Assembly: GCA_022750415.1 (NCBI GenBank)
Contig: JAKIVT010000002.1
Coordinates: 2,754-66,753 of the forward strand
Source of the DNA: Thermoplasmata archaeon
GTDB taxonomy: Archaea > Thermoplasmatota > Thermoplasmata > Lutacidiplasmatales > UBA184
DNA: 64,000 bases
Reading direction: 5' to 3'
A program made the position numbers and the translations under genes. Under the pieces are notes generated by a model that saw nothing but the letters and a program-made list of their open reading frames with translations, searched no databases and was not told where the DNA came from. Below are positions 47,596 to 56,972 of the stretch, piece by piece (position 1 is the first letter of the stretch; the number at the start of each line of letters is the position of its first letter).

Positions 47596-47731
47596 CGACG
47601 GTCCCCCGAATCCGGCCCGGGGTTGAATCCCCTTCGGGGTGGGGTTCGAACCGAGGGTCCACTGCGGGCCGGAAGGGCGAGGGGGGCCGGGTCGGGGACC
47701 CGGCCCCCCTCGAGGCGGTCGTTCGCTCGGC

Positions 47732-49108
47732 TTAGACCCAGAGGACCGTCACGGACCCGGTGGGCATCGCCACGGTGGCCAGGGTGAGGGAGTCGAAGTG
47801 GAACGTGTTGTCCCACAGTGTGAGGCTCGTGGGGCCGCCGATTCCCTCGGAAACCGCCTGGACCGCCGCGGTGGCGATGCTCAACGTCGACGGGCACGAA
47901 AGGTAGCTCCCCGTTCCGCAGACGACCTGGCTCCCCCCGTTCGTCCCGCCGCTCTGGACGTGGGTCACCGTATTGCGACTCACGTTGAACGTCCCGTTGT
48001 CGACCAGGATGCCGGGGGCTCCGGTCGCGGCCTGGTTCACCGTGTTGTTCTCGATGAGCGCGGTCGTCCCGGGCGCCCCGTTCACCACGATCCCGTATCC
48101 CTCATCGCCGGAAATCGAGTTCCCCACGATCTGGACGGAGGAGGCGGTCGTCTCGTACTCGGCGATCGGGTCCGGGCAGGCGGTGACGGTCGAGTGGACG
48201 ACGGTGGTGCCGCTGCCCGGGTCGTAGAGCAGGATGCCGGTCGCCTGCGCGCCGGTGCCGTACCAGTCGAGGGTCGAACCGCTGCCGGTGTAGTTGTCGC
48301 CCGAGACCTTGGTGTTGGTCAGATGTCCGACGGCGCCGTAGGCGATCTGGACCCCGTTCTGGGCGGTTGCGGAGGTCGGTCCGATTCCGGTGGTCGTGTC
48401 CGCGTTCAACGTGCAGGTGAGACCGGGGTCGTCGCACGTGATGGCGTTCTTCCCGTAGACGCTCACGACGGTGTTGCCGATCGTGACGTGCTTGACCGGG
48501 GTGGAGACGTTGTGGGTCGCGAACCATCCGGTGTAGGCGTACACCGCGAGCTGGTTCTGGCAGCCGAGGAGCGAGGGTCCGAGCTGGATGCCGGTCACGA
48601 CGGCGCGCTGCAGGGTCCCCGAGGAGTTTTGGAAGTCGACGCCGACGAAGTCCGGGGAGCATCCTCCAATCGAGCTCGAGGCGGCGGTTCCGTCGATGGT
48701 CATCCCCGCGATCGTGACGCCCGTGGTGTTGTCGACGAGCACGACGGCCGCCAGCGGGGTCGCTGCCGAGGGGGAGTCCCAGTCGACGGTCGTGGTGTTC
48801 ACCGACGCGGGGTCGATGCTGGTGGAAGCCGTTCCGGCGCCTACGAGGGTGATCCCCTTCGTCGCGATGTGGAGTTGCTCGGGGAACGACCCGGCACCCA
48901 CGCAGATTCTCCAGCCGGGGTTCGCGCTGTTGATGGCGCTCTGCACGGCGTTGTGCGCGAGGTTCTCGGAGTTCACGGTCAGGTTGCAGGGCGGCGTGGC
49001 CGAGGCGGTGCCGCTCATTCCCAGCAGCACCGTGACTCCAGCGGCGGCGACGACGACCACGAGGGCGGTCGCCCAGGCTCGATTGGCGGTCGGTCGGTTG
49101 GTTTTCAT
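47732..49108 (-). CDS. secreted right-handed parallel beta-helix protein
   Basis: Signal peptide; VQSAINSA.PG..I.V..G.F.EQL.I, YGKNAIT, AQNGVQI; Asn/Thr/Gly-rich coils. Confidence 0.8.
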   Translation of the reverse strand: MKTNRPTANRAWATALVVVVAAAGVTVLLGMSGTASATPPCNLTVNSENLAHNAVQSAINSANPGWRICVGAGSFPEQLHIATKGITLVGAGTASTSIDPASVNTTTVDWDSPSAATPLAAVVLVDNTTGVTIAGMTIDGTAASSSIGGCSPDFVGVDFQNSSGTLQRAVVTGIQLGPSLLGCQNQLAVYAYTGWFATHNVSTPVKHVTIGNTVVSVYGKNAITCDDPGLTCTLNADTTTGIGPTSATAQNGVQIAYGAVGHLTNTKVSGDNYTGSGSTLDWYGTGAQATGILLYDPGSGTTVVHSTVTACPDPIAEYETTASSVQIVGNSISGDEGYGIVVNGAPGTTALIENNTVNQAATGAPGILVDNGTFNVSRNTVTHVQSGGTNGGSQVVCGTGSYLSCPSTLSIATAAVQAVSEGIGGPTSLTLWDNTFHFDSLTLATVAMPTGSVTVLWV

Positions 49109-49338
49109 GGAGTTCGTTCCTCTTCGTCGGCCGAAGGGAAGGTTCGCCCACCCCGTCGTCGGACCCGGGGAGACGCTCGCTTCACCGCGACCGGGGTCGC
49201 ATCGACCGGCCAGATATCAATTCAGTGCCCGGCCTGTCTCGCGGCCGCCGCAAGCCGTGAGCCTTCGATGTCCCGCCACGCCCCCAATCCGTCCCCGGAG
49301 TCTCTCGTGCCCCGGTCCGGGCCGCGGGAGGAATGGGC

Positions 49339-50808
49339 CTACTGCGGCGAATTGTCCATCCAGGGGATCATCCACATCGGGATGTCCCCGAGCTTCCCCG
49401 GATCGGGTGCGTCGGGGGAACGGAGGCGCCGGAGCTCGTCCTCGATCCGCTGTCGCTCCGAGATGTCCTGGACCGTCCCGCTGAGGCGGACGGGCCGGCC
49501 GTTCTCGATCACGGTCACGGCGATCTGGCTGAGCACCGTCCGCCGCTCTCCGTTGGGAAACTCGACCCGGTACCGGTGCTCGGGCAGCGAAACGGTCCGT
49601 CCCTCCGACGAGGCGAGGACGCCCCGGAGCTCCTCGAGGAACACGATCCGGTCGGCCGGGGCGAGCCGCTCGACCGACTTCTCCAGGTCGACCGGAAACC
49701 GGGCATCCCCATACCCGAGGATCCGGTACATCTCGGCCGACCAGACGACCTTCTCCGAACCGGCCTCGTACGACCACGTCCCGACGGCCGCGAGCGACTT
49801 CGCGGCGTCGAGCTGGGCGGTTCGCTCCTGGAGCATCCGCTGCAGCTCCTTGCGGGTGTGGTTCAGCTCGCTCTCGAGGCGGTGGTGCTGGAGGACCTCG
49901 GCGGCGACGAGCAAGGCCGTGATCGCGAGCGACCCGATGAAGATCCGCAGGGCGACCAGCGAAACCCCGAGGGGGAGCGTGGCGAACGGGCCGTTTCCAG
50001 TCACGGTGGCGACGATCGCGATCACCGAAACCGCGCTCACCGAGCCGACGGCCCCCAAGGGGCCGAACCGGACCGCGGCCCAGATGATGGGGGGAACGAC
50101 GAGGAAGATCAACGGGTACCCTCCGAGCGCCGTCGTCGGCGGCCGCGCGAAGACGACGAGGGCCAGCGCCACGGTCACCGCTCCGACCCCGAACGGCTCC
50201 CACCGGGCCGGGACCGACAGGGCCGGGTAAGGCCGTCCGAACCCCTGGGCGACGGCCAGGATGAGCGGGGTCACCTCGATCGCGCCGATCGCGTCTCCGA
50301 GCCACCAGGGGCCCCACACCCCGAAGAAGTTGCTCGGGGCGGCCAAGTGCGCCAGGGTGAGGCTCGTCGTACCGATGGTGGCGGCGACGGTGGCCGCCAG
50401 AAAGCCGGAGAGGAGGGCGAACACGGCCACGTTTCGTGGCGTGGCAAGGAGCCGCTTCCCGCCCGCGAACCGGAGCGCGAGGTAGGCCCCGACGACCGCT
50501 TCCAGCGTGTTGCCCGTGGCGATCCCCAGGCTGCTCGTCACGTCGCCGGTCGTCGTGAGGTTCACGAGGAACGCCCCGGCGAAGATCGCCGGCCACAGCG
50601 AAAAATCCCCGAGCAGGAGGGCGGCGATCGCGATGCCGGTCGGTGGCCAGACCGCCGAGACGCTCGCGTTCCCGACCGCGAGGAACAGGCCGACCTTGCC
50701 GGAAAGGAAGTACGCCGCACCCAGGACCAGGAGCGAGAGCGCAAGACGGACCCACCGTCCGCGGCCGTTCGGCACCCGCCCAGGGTCCTCCGTCCGCCAA
50801 GGTTCCAT
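49339..50808 (-). CDS. MASE1 membrane sensor + PAS/PAC domain protein with no output domain
   Basis: SAVWPPTGIAIAALL, WWLGDAIG, WAAVRFG (MASE1); A.VGTWSY....WSAEMYRILG...GTVQDISERQR.E..L (PAS/PAC). Confidence 0.88.
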   Translation of the reverse strand: MEPWRTEDPGRVPNGRGRWVRLALSLLVLGAAYFLSGKVGLFLAVGNASVSAVWPPTGIAIAALLLGDFSLWPAIFAGAFLVNLTTTGDVTSSLGIATGNTLEAVVGAYLALRFAGGKRLLATPRNVAVFALLSGFLAATVAATIGTTSLTLAHLAAPSNFFGVWGPWWLGDAIGAIEVTPLILAVAQGFGRPYPALSVPARWEPFGVGAVTVALALVVFARPPTTALGGYPLIFLVVPPIIWAAVRFGPLGAVGSVSAVSVIAIVATVTGNGPFATLPLGVSLVALRIFIGSLAITALLVAAEVLQHHRLESELNHTRKELQRMLQERTAQLDAAKSLAAVGTWSYEAGSEKVVWSAEMYRILGYGDARFPVDLEKSVERLAPADRIVFLEELRGVLASSEGRTVSLPEHRYRVEFPNGERRTVLSQIAVTVIENGRPVRLSGTVQDISERQRIEDELRRLRSPDAPDPGKLGDIPMWMIPWMDNSPQ

Positions 50809-50994
50809 CCGCGTCGCCCGCTGGCCCGCGCTCGGGAAGGAGGCGCCGGGCCCGAATCTTGGAGCCAAGATATCGAAGGAAGGTCGGAAGAACCCTTCGG
50901 GTGGGCCGGCGCCATCGCCGTGTCGAAGAGCCGCCCCGCCAAGCCCCCGGGAGGACCGTCCGGAAACGCGGGGGACCCCCCGTGGCGAGGGACG

Positions 50995-51069
50995 TGCTCC
51001 CGGCGGGATTCGAACCCGCGTTGTCGGGTCGAAGGCCCGATATCCTTGACCGGACTAGACTACGGGAGC
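50995..51069 (-). tRNA. tRNA-Glu (TTC)
   Basis: GCTCCCGTAGTCTAGTCCGGTCAAGGATA-TCGGG CC TTC GA CCCGA-CAAC-GCGGGTTCGAATCCCGC-CGGGAGCA. Confidence 0.96.
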
Positions 51070-51293
51070 GTCGACGGGGCGAAGGGACCCATCGTAAAGC
51101 GTTTCGCGGAACGGTCCCGCCCGAGGTTCCCGCGACGGCGCACCGACCGGTCGCACCGGCCCGACACGGATTGTTCGCTCCGGGCGCCGCGGCGGCGCGG
51201 AGCGCCGGCCCGCCGCGCTCGACACCTATAAGCGTCCAAAATCCTCCTCGATTTTGGCGCGAGGACCCCGCGCCCACGGGGGGAAACGTTGGC

Positions 51294-51914
51294 ATGGAGC
51301 TCGAGGTCGTCCCCGGCGTGGTCCCGTCGGTGCTCGCGACCCTGGGCCCGGGAGAATCGATCTTCTCGGAGCACGGAATCGTCCTCTACAAGGAAGACCC
51401 GGTCACGGTCGACCGCCGCACCATCCCGAGCAAGGGATTCGGGTCGACCCTGAAGCGGACGTCCGTCGGGGGCGTGCCGTTCTACCTCGCCGAGTTCACC
51501 GGGCCGGGACTCGCCGCGTTCTCGCGCAACGGCCCCGGAGAAGTCCGGATCCTCGAGCTCGTTGCCGGGGAGACTCTCGACGTGGCGGAGGGGTCGCTCG
51601 TCTGCGCCGCGAAATCGATTGGGTACGACACGATCCTCGCCAAGGGGACCGGGACCTACCGGGGAATCTGGTTCGACCGGCTCTCCGGACCCGGCAAGTT
51701 TGCCTTGCACGCGTACGGGAATTTCGTCACGCTGAAGCTCGCCCAAGGGGAAACGATCGTCTGCGAACGCGGGGCGATCCTCCACAAGTCACCGGCGATG
51801 GTGATGACACCGTTCGTCCAGCGGGTCGGGAGCGGACTCATGGGCCGCATGATGGCCCAGGAGATGTACACCGTTCAGGGACCGGGCACGATCGGCCTCC
51901 AGACGGGGGCCTGA
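51294..51914 (+). CDS. AIM24 family protein (1 of 3)
   Basis: L.PGE.I.SE.G, KR...G.PF....F.GPG..AF....PGE.....L..GE, L.GPG...LH.YG, GPG.I.LQT. Confidence 0.82.
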   Translation: MELEVVPGVVPSVLATLGPGESIFSEHGIVLYKEDPVTVDRRTIPSKGFGSTLKRTSVGGVPFYLAEFTGPGLAAFSRNGPGEVRILELVAGETLDVAEGSLVCAAKSIGYDTILAKGTGTYRGIWFDRLSGPGKFALHAYGNFVTLKLAQGETIVCERGAILHKSPAMVMTPFVQRVGSGLMGRMMAQEMYTVQGPGTIGLQTGA

Positions 51915-51916
51915 CG

Positions 51917-52555
51917 ATGGCGAAGTTCGACCACGTCGGGGACATCTCCCCGGCGCTCCTCATCCAACTCGCCCAAGGGGAGCGGGTGATGGTCCTGGTG
52001 GATTCGGTCCGGTATCGGGACCCGGGCGTCACCGTCGACCGGGTGAAGTACGAATACCCGAACCCGTCCGGCCGGATGCCAAAGATGCTCTGGCACTACT
52101 TCGAGTCCCTCGATGGCCCGGGCTCCGCCACCGTTTCGACCGGCGTGGTGGGCGAGATCCGGTTTGGCGAGCTGAAGGCCGGCGAATCGCTCTTCCTGCA
52201 CTCCGGAGGCCTGATGGCCCACGAGTCCACGGTGAAGTTCGACCTGATCACGCTCGCCAGCTACCAGCTCCCCCGCGCGGCCTTCACGCGGTACCTGTAC
52301 GCGGCGCGCCTCACGGGGCCTGGGCGCTTCGCCTACCAGACCCACGGCAACGCCCTCTCGTTCACGCTCAAGCCCGGCGAGACGATCCGGACCGAAATGC
52401 ACGCGCTCCTCTCGGTCACGCCGGGCGCCACGATCCGGGTGAACGTGTACGGCGGCGCCCCCCACTTCCCCCCGATGCACTACTTTCCGCTGGTCGACGT
52501 GACGGGTCCGGGGACGGTCCTCGTCCACAGCGGCCGCTTCCTGATGGCGGAGTGA
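51917..52555 (+). CDS. AIM24 family protein (2 of 3, divergent)
   Basis: Same three GPG-containing repeats (LDGPG, LTGPG..YQTHGN, VTGPGTVLVHS). Confidence 0.78.
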   Translation: MAKFDHVGDISPALLIQLAQGERVMVLVDSVRYRDPGVTVDRVKYEYPNPSGRMPKMLWHYFESLDGPGSATVSTGVVGEIRFGELKAGESLFLHSGGLMAHESTVKFDLITLASYQLPRAAFTRYLYAARLTGPGRFAYQTHGNALSFTLKPGETIRTEMHALLSVTPGATIRVNVYGGAPHFPPMHYFPLVDVTGPGTVLVHSGRFLMAE

Positions 52556-52562
52556 GGGCCCG

Positions 52563-53210
52563 GTGAAGATCACGGTCCAAGGGGGGTACGTCCCCAACGC
52601 GCTCGCCGAACTCGGACCGGGGGAGGAAGCGTACTGCGAATCCGGCGTGATGGTGTACTCCGACCCGTCGGTCACCTTCCACCAGCGCGCCTTCACCCAG
52701 GGAGGGCTCGGCAAGACGCTCAAGCGGACCCTCATCGGCGGGATCCCGTTCTACCTTCACACGTACATCGGGCCCGGCTACGCTGCCTTCAGCCGGTTCG
52801 GACCGGGGGAGATCCGGATCGTCGAATTGGCCCCCGGCGAAATCGTCGACGTCGCGGAGCATTCGCTCCTCCTCGCCTCGGCGACCGTCGGCTACGACGC
52901 GATCTACATTCCCGGCACGGGCCGGATCGGTCGGATGGTCGGGTTCTGGATGGACCGACTGACCGGCCCGGGTACGATCGTCCTCCACGGCCACGGGAAC
53001 ATCCTCACGTTCAATCTCCCCGCGGGGGAGACCTTCGACGTGGACCACGGCGGGGTGCTGATGAAGGACGACAAGATCCAGATGGAGTCGTTCAGCCAGA
53101 ACCTCGGCGGCGGACTCCTCGGCGCGGCGATGAGCTACTATGCGCTCCGGATCCGCGGCCCGGGTCGTCTCTGGCTGCAGACGATGGACCCGACGCACCC
53201 GCGCCGCTGA
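52563..53210 (+). CDS. AIM24 family protein (3 of 3)
   Basis: ELGPGE..YCESGVM, LKR.L.G.PF, LTGPG...LHGHGN, VDHG, GPGRLWLQTM. Confidence 0.85.
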   Translation: MKITVQGGYVPNALAELGPGEEAYCESGVMVYSDPSVTFHQRAFTQGGLGKTLKRTLIGGIPFYLHTYIGPGYAAFSRFGPGEIRIVELAPGEIVDVAEHSLLLASATVGYDAIYIPGTGRIGRMVGFWMDRLTGPGTIVLHGHGNILTFNLPAGETFDVDHGGVLMKDDKIQMESFSQNLGGGLLGAAMSYYALRIRGPGRLWLQTMDPTHPRR

Positions 53211-53219
53211 CCGTCGGGG

Positions 53220-54524
53220 CTAGCCGACCCGTTCCCACCGCTCGAGCTTCTGCACGGCGCTGAGCGTCGAGCCGCGCTGGATCTCCTCGCGGACCCGGTT
53301 CTCGTGCTCGAGGACGTCGAGCGCCCGGTTCGCGATCTCGGCCGCCCGTTCTCGCGGGACCACGACGACGCCGGAAAGGTCGCCGACGATCCAATCGCCC
53401 GGCCGGACCTTCTCGCCCCCGACGACGACCTCGACGCCGATCTCCCCGTGGCCCTTCGGTTCGCCGGCGTTCGGGGAGACGAACCGGCTGAACACCGGAA
53501 AGCCGAGCTCGAGGATGGCGTCCATGTCCCGGGCGGCCCCGTCGATGACCACCCCCGAGACGCCCCGGCCGTGAGCGCTCCAGCTGGCGAGCTCGCCCCA
53601 GATCGCCGTCGTCCCGCCGCCGGCGTCCACGACGATGACGTCCCCGGGACCGGCCCGGTCGATCGCTTCGACCGGTTTGGCCCAATCGCCGTCGCGGGTA
53701 ACGACCGTGACCGCAGGGCCGATGACCTTCGTCGTCGGGAGCGGCAGGTGGGCGTGCAGGCCGTGCATCGCCCCGTGGCGCTGCATCGCATCGGAGAGGT
53801 TCGGGGAGGAGACCCGAACGAACGCGGCTCGGATATCGGCGCCGGCGTACCGCCGGAACTGCTCGCTCGTCACCTCGGTCTTCGTGTCGATGGCCCGTCG
53901 GATCGCCTCCGTGGCCTCCTGGATCTTCGGGCTCTTCGTGATCGCCCCGCCGACGATGAGGATCTGGGCGCCGGCCCGCGTCGCCGCGGCGACGGTCTCG
54001 GACGTGAGGCCGCCGGCGACCGCGACCGGGATCGGGGAGGCCCGGGCCAGGGCCTCCAACGCCTCGAACGGGGTCCGGCCGGCCATCTGCATGTCAATGC
54101 CGATGTGGAGACAGACCGCAGCGGCCCCCAACTCGGCGACCCGCTTCGTGCGGGCGATCGGGTCGGCCACGTTCAGCAGGTCGACGACGACCTCCGCCCC
54201 ATACTGGTGGCCGCCGCGGACCGCTTCCGCGATCGTGTCGTCGTCCGCCGTACCGAGGACCGTCACCAGGTCGGCGCCGGCCTTCGCCGCGATCTCCACC
54301 TCGAAGGCGCCGGTGTCCATCACCTTCATGTCGGCGACGACCCGATGGCTCGGGAACGCCTTCTTCAGGGCCCGGACGGCGTCGAGTCCCTCGCTCTTGA
54401 TGAGCGGAGTTCCCGCCTCCACCCAATCGGCCCCGCCCGCGACGGCCTCGGTCGCGGCTTGGACCGCCCGGGAGAGGTTCTCGAAGTCGAGGGCGACCTG
54501 GAGAACGGGGCGCTCGAGGCGCAT
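53220..54524 (-). CDS. hxlA: 3-hexulose-6-phosphate synthase fused to a C-terminal RraA/MenG-like domain
   Basis: LQVALD, EAGTPLIKSEG, ADMK.MDTG..E, HIGID.Q, VAGG; then SSPNLSDAM, GDWAKPVEAID, WGELA, DGAARD, PGD.I.GD. Confidence 0.9.
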   Translation of the reverse strand: MRLERPVLQVALDFENLSRAVQAATEAVAGGADWVEAGTPLIKSEGLDAVRALKKAFPSHRVVADMKVMDTGAFEVEIAAKAGADLVTVLGTADDDTIAEAVRGGHQYGAEVVVDLLNVADPIARTKRVAELGAAAVCLHIGIDMQMAGRTPFEALEALARASPIPVAVAGGLTSETVAAATRAGAQILIVGGAITKSPKIQEATEAIRRAIDTKTEVTSEQFRRYAGADIRAAFVRVSSPNLSDAMQRHGAMHGLHAHLPLPTTKVIGPAVTVVTRDGDWAKPVEAIDRAGPGDVIVVDAGGGTTAIWGELASWSAHGRGVSGVVIDGAARDMDAILELGFPVFSRFVSPNAGEPKGHGEIGVEVVVGGEKVRPGDWIVGDLSGVVVVPRERAAEIANRALDVLEHENRVREEIQRGSTLSAVQKLERWERVG

Positions 54525-54574
54525 GGGCGGTCGAGTCGCACGCACTATAAACGACCGGGCCGGCTCGCGCGGGG

Positions 54575-55384
54575 GTGGACCCGGTTCCGCCGACGACGAT
54601 CCGCACGGTCCCCGGGGACGCCCGCGAACTGCCGGGAGTAGCGCCCGGCTCGGTGGAGCTCGTCGTCACCTCGCCCCCGTACCCGATGATCCCCCAGTGG
54701 GACGAGTCGTTCCGCCGGTGGGGCGCGTCGGAGTACCCCGCGATGCACGCCCGCCTCGCGGAGGTGTGGTCGGCGTGCCACACCGCCCTCATCGACGGCG
54801 GGATCCTGGCCGTCAACGTCGGCGACGCGCTTCGGAGCGGGAGCGACGGGTTTCGGCTCTGGCCGAACCACGTCGAGGTGACCCGGGCGTGCGAGTCGGC
54901 CGGGTTCCGCTCCCTTCCCTACATCCTGTGGAAAAAACCCACGAACAAGCCGAATGCGTTCCTCGGCTCCGGGTTCCTTCCCCCGAACGCCTACGTCACG
55001 CTCGACTGCGAATTCATCCTGCTGTTCCGCAAGGGCGGTCTCCGGCCGTTCCCTCGGAACGACCGACGGCGCGAGGTCAGCCGGTACACGAAGCTCGAGC
55101 GGGACCACTGGTTCTCGCAGGTCTGGGACGACGTCCGAGGCATCCGACAGTCGGGGGTCGGCCGCCGGACCGGCGCCTTCCCCCCGGAGATCCCGCGGCG
55201 CCTCATCCGGATGTTCTCGGTCGTCGGGGACACCGTCCTCGACCCGTTCGCGGGAACCGGAACCACGCTCTGGGTCGCCCACGAGCTCGGACGGAATTCG
55301 GTCGGGGTGGAAAACGACCCCGAGCTCAGCGCCGCCTTGGAGCGCGAGGCGCTCCGACGGACCGCCGCCGAGGGAACCGGGTGA
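54575..55384 (+). CDS. orphan amino (N4-C/N6-A) DNA methyltransferase, beta class
   Basis: LVVTSPPY (motif IV) precedes VLDPFAGTGTT (motif I); FP.EIPRRLIRMFS..GD. Confidence 0.9.
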   Translation: MDPVPPTTIRTVPGDARELPGVAPGSVELVVTSPPYPMIPQWDESFRRWGASEYPAMHARLAEVWSACHTALIDGGILAVNVGDALRSGSDGFRLWPNHVEVTRACESAGFRSLPYILWKKPTNKPNAFLGSGFLPPNAYVTLDCEFILLFRKGGLRPFPRNDRRREVSRYTKLERDHWFSQVWDDVRGIRQSGVGRRTGAFPPEIPRRLIRMFSVVGDTVLDPFAGTGTTLWVAHELGRNSVGVENDPELSAALEREALRRTAAEGTG

Positions 55385-55388
55385 TCCG

Positions 55389-55913
55389 GTGCGCGCGTTC
55401 GTCGCGATCGAGGTGCCGGACCCGCACCGGCCGGGCGCGGCGGACGCCCCCCCGGCGCACCTGACCCTGAAGTTCCTCGGCGAGATCGACCCGGCGCTTG
55501 CCGGACCGCTCGGCTCCGCGGTATCCTCGGCGGTCGCCCCCCTGGCCCCGTTCCCGCTCGAGCTCCGCGGGGTCGGCGCCTTTCCGGACCGGGAGCGGCC
55601 CCGGGTCGCCTGGGTCGGGGTGGGCGAGGGGGCGGACGCGGTCCGGGACCTGGCCGTACGGGTCGACACGGCCACCGGTACGGTGGGCCTCCCGAGGGAG
55701 ACCCGCCCCTTCGTCCCGCATACGACCTGGATGCGGATCCGCGGGCCGCGGGACCTCGGCGTGGCCGAGCGGTGGCTCGCGGCGGGGGACGACCGAACAT
55801 TCGGCCGGACGGTCGTCCGCGAAGCGATCCTCTTCGAGAGCGAGCTTCGGCGGGACGGCGTGGTCCACCATCCCCTCGTTCGGGCGCCGCTGGCAGGTGG
55901 CCCGTCGGTCTAG
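55389..55913 (+). CDS. thpR: RNA 2',3'-cyclic phosphodiesterase (2H family)
   Basis: RAFVAI, HLTLKFLGEI, GAFP...PRV.W.G, F.PHTT..R, LFESEL..G. Confidence 0.9.
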   Translation: MRAFVAIEVPDPHRPGAADAPPAHLTLKFLGEIDPALAGPLGSAVSSAVAPLAPFPLELRGVGAFPDRERPRVAWVGVGEGADAVRDLAVRVDTATGTVGLPRETRPFVPHTTWMRIRGPRDLGVAERWLAAGDDRTFGRTVVREAILFESELRRDGVVHHPLVRAPLAGGPSV

Positions 55914-56875
55914 TCGGACGACCGGGGGCTCTTCGGCGAGGCCGGATCCCCTTCCGTCACCCAGCGACGCCATAGGTAGAGCGTCGCGTAGCTCCCCCAC
56001 CCGGGGTAGTGGGCGTCCCCCCAGGCGCGGACCTCGTCTTCCTCCGCCGAGGAGGGCACGCCTCCGTACGCGATGAGCGCGGTCCGAACACCGAGGTCCC
56101 CGGCGACGAAGACATCGGGACGCCCAAGACCGCGGAGGACCGCGTTCTCGGCGGTCCACCTCCCGACCCCTGGCGCGGTGTCCAACCGCTCGACGATGGC
56201 CGCCGTCGCGAGCGGCTCGAGGGTTTCCGTCGCCCACATTCCCGCGTCCTCCGAGTCGGCCAGGGCGAGGAGGCTGCGCGCTTTCGCTCCGCTGGCACCG
56301 TGCGTCCGGAGTCCGTCGGTCCCCAGCGCCCGCAGCTCGGCCGGCGAAGGGACGCGGGGGACCGACACGCCGTCGACCTCGAGGTACGCGCCCGCGGCGT
56401 CGATCAGCCTCTGCTTGATCGCGTTCGCCGATTGGACGGAGACCTGCTGGCCGAGGATCGAGTGGAACAACGCCTCGTAGACGCTCGCGTCCCGGGGGAG
56501 CCGGAGTCCCCGGAACTTCCGCTCCGTCCCCCCGAGGACAGGCTCGCGCCGCGTCATCCGGTAGAACCGCTCGATCGGATGGTCGAGGGAGAACAGCGAG
56601 CGGAGCGCGGCACGGGCCTCCCGCGGCCCGGGACCGTACGCCGTCGCCGTCCACGTCGGCCCGTTCGGCTGCACAGCGAGGACCCAGGAGCGGCCCGGCG
56701 CCCCCCAGACCCGCAACACCCGCTCCCCGTCGGACGCGAACACCAGCGACCGGCTCGAGTACTCGAGCTGGTCCCGGGACTGGGGAAACGAGCTCAGCTT
56801 CGGGACCTCGACCTCGACGGTCGCCGTAGGGTGCCGCGTCGGCCCCGGGTCGCCCGATCCTCCCCCTCGTCTCAT
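55910..56875 (-). CDS. alkA: DNA-3-methyladenine glycosylase II (AlkA, HhH-GPD)
   Basis: YEAL..SILGQQVS, PGVGRWTAE..L.GLGRPDVF.AGDLGVR, W.SYA.LYLW. Confidence 0.88.
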   Translation of the reverse strand: MRRGGGSGDPGPTRHPTATVEVEVPKLSSFPQSRDQLEYSSRSLVFASDGERVLRVWGAPGRSWVLAVQPNGPTWTATAYGPGPREARAALRSLFSLDHPIERFYRMTRREPVLGGTERKFRGLRLPRDASVYEALFHSILGQQVSVQSANAIKQRLIDAAGAYLEVDGVSVPRVPSPAELRALGTDGLRTHGASGAKARSLLALADSEDAGMWATETLEPLATAAIVERLDTAPGVGRWTAENAVLRGLGRPDVFVAGDLGVRTALIAYGGVPSSAEEDEVRAWGDAHYPGWGSYATLYLWRRWVTEGDPASPKSPRSSD

Positions 56876-56972
56876 CGTTCACGACCGGACCGACAACGAC
56901 ACGATTAAGCCCCACGCGCCGCCTCGAGCCGGGGCCGCCCTCGGCCACGCGCCGGGAGCGACGGGTGGTGCC

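Noticed and set aside
47600-51069. Island integrated at tRNA-Glu
   Set aside because: The match at about 47636-47652 is limited to a generic GG.TTCGAACC motif, and there is no compositional shift.
54575-55384. Restriction-modification system
   Set aside because: The neighbours are hxlA and thpR, and there is no endonuclease candidate.
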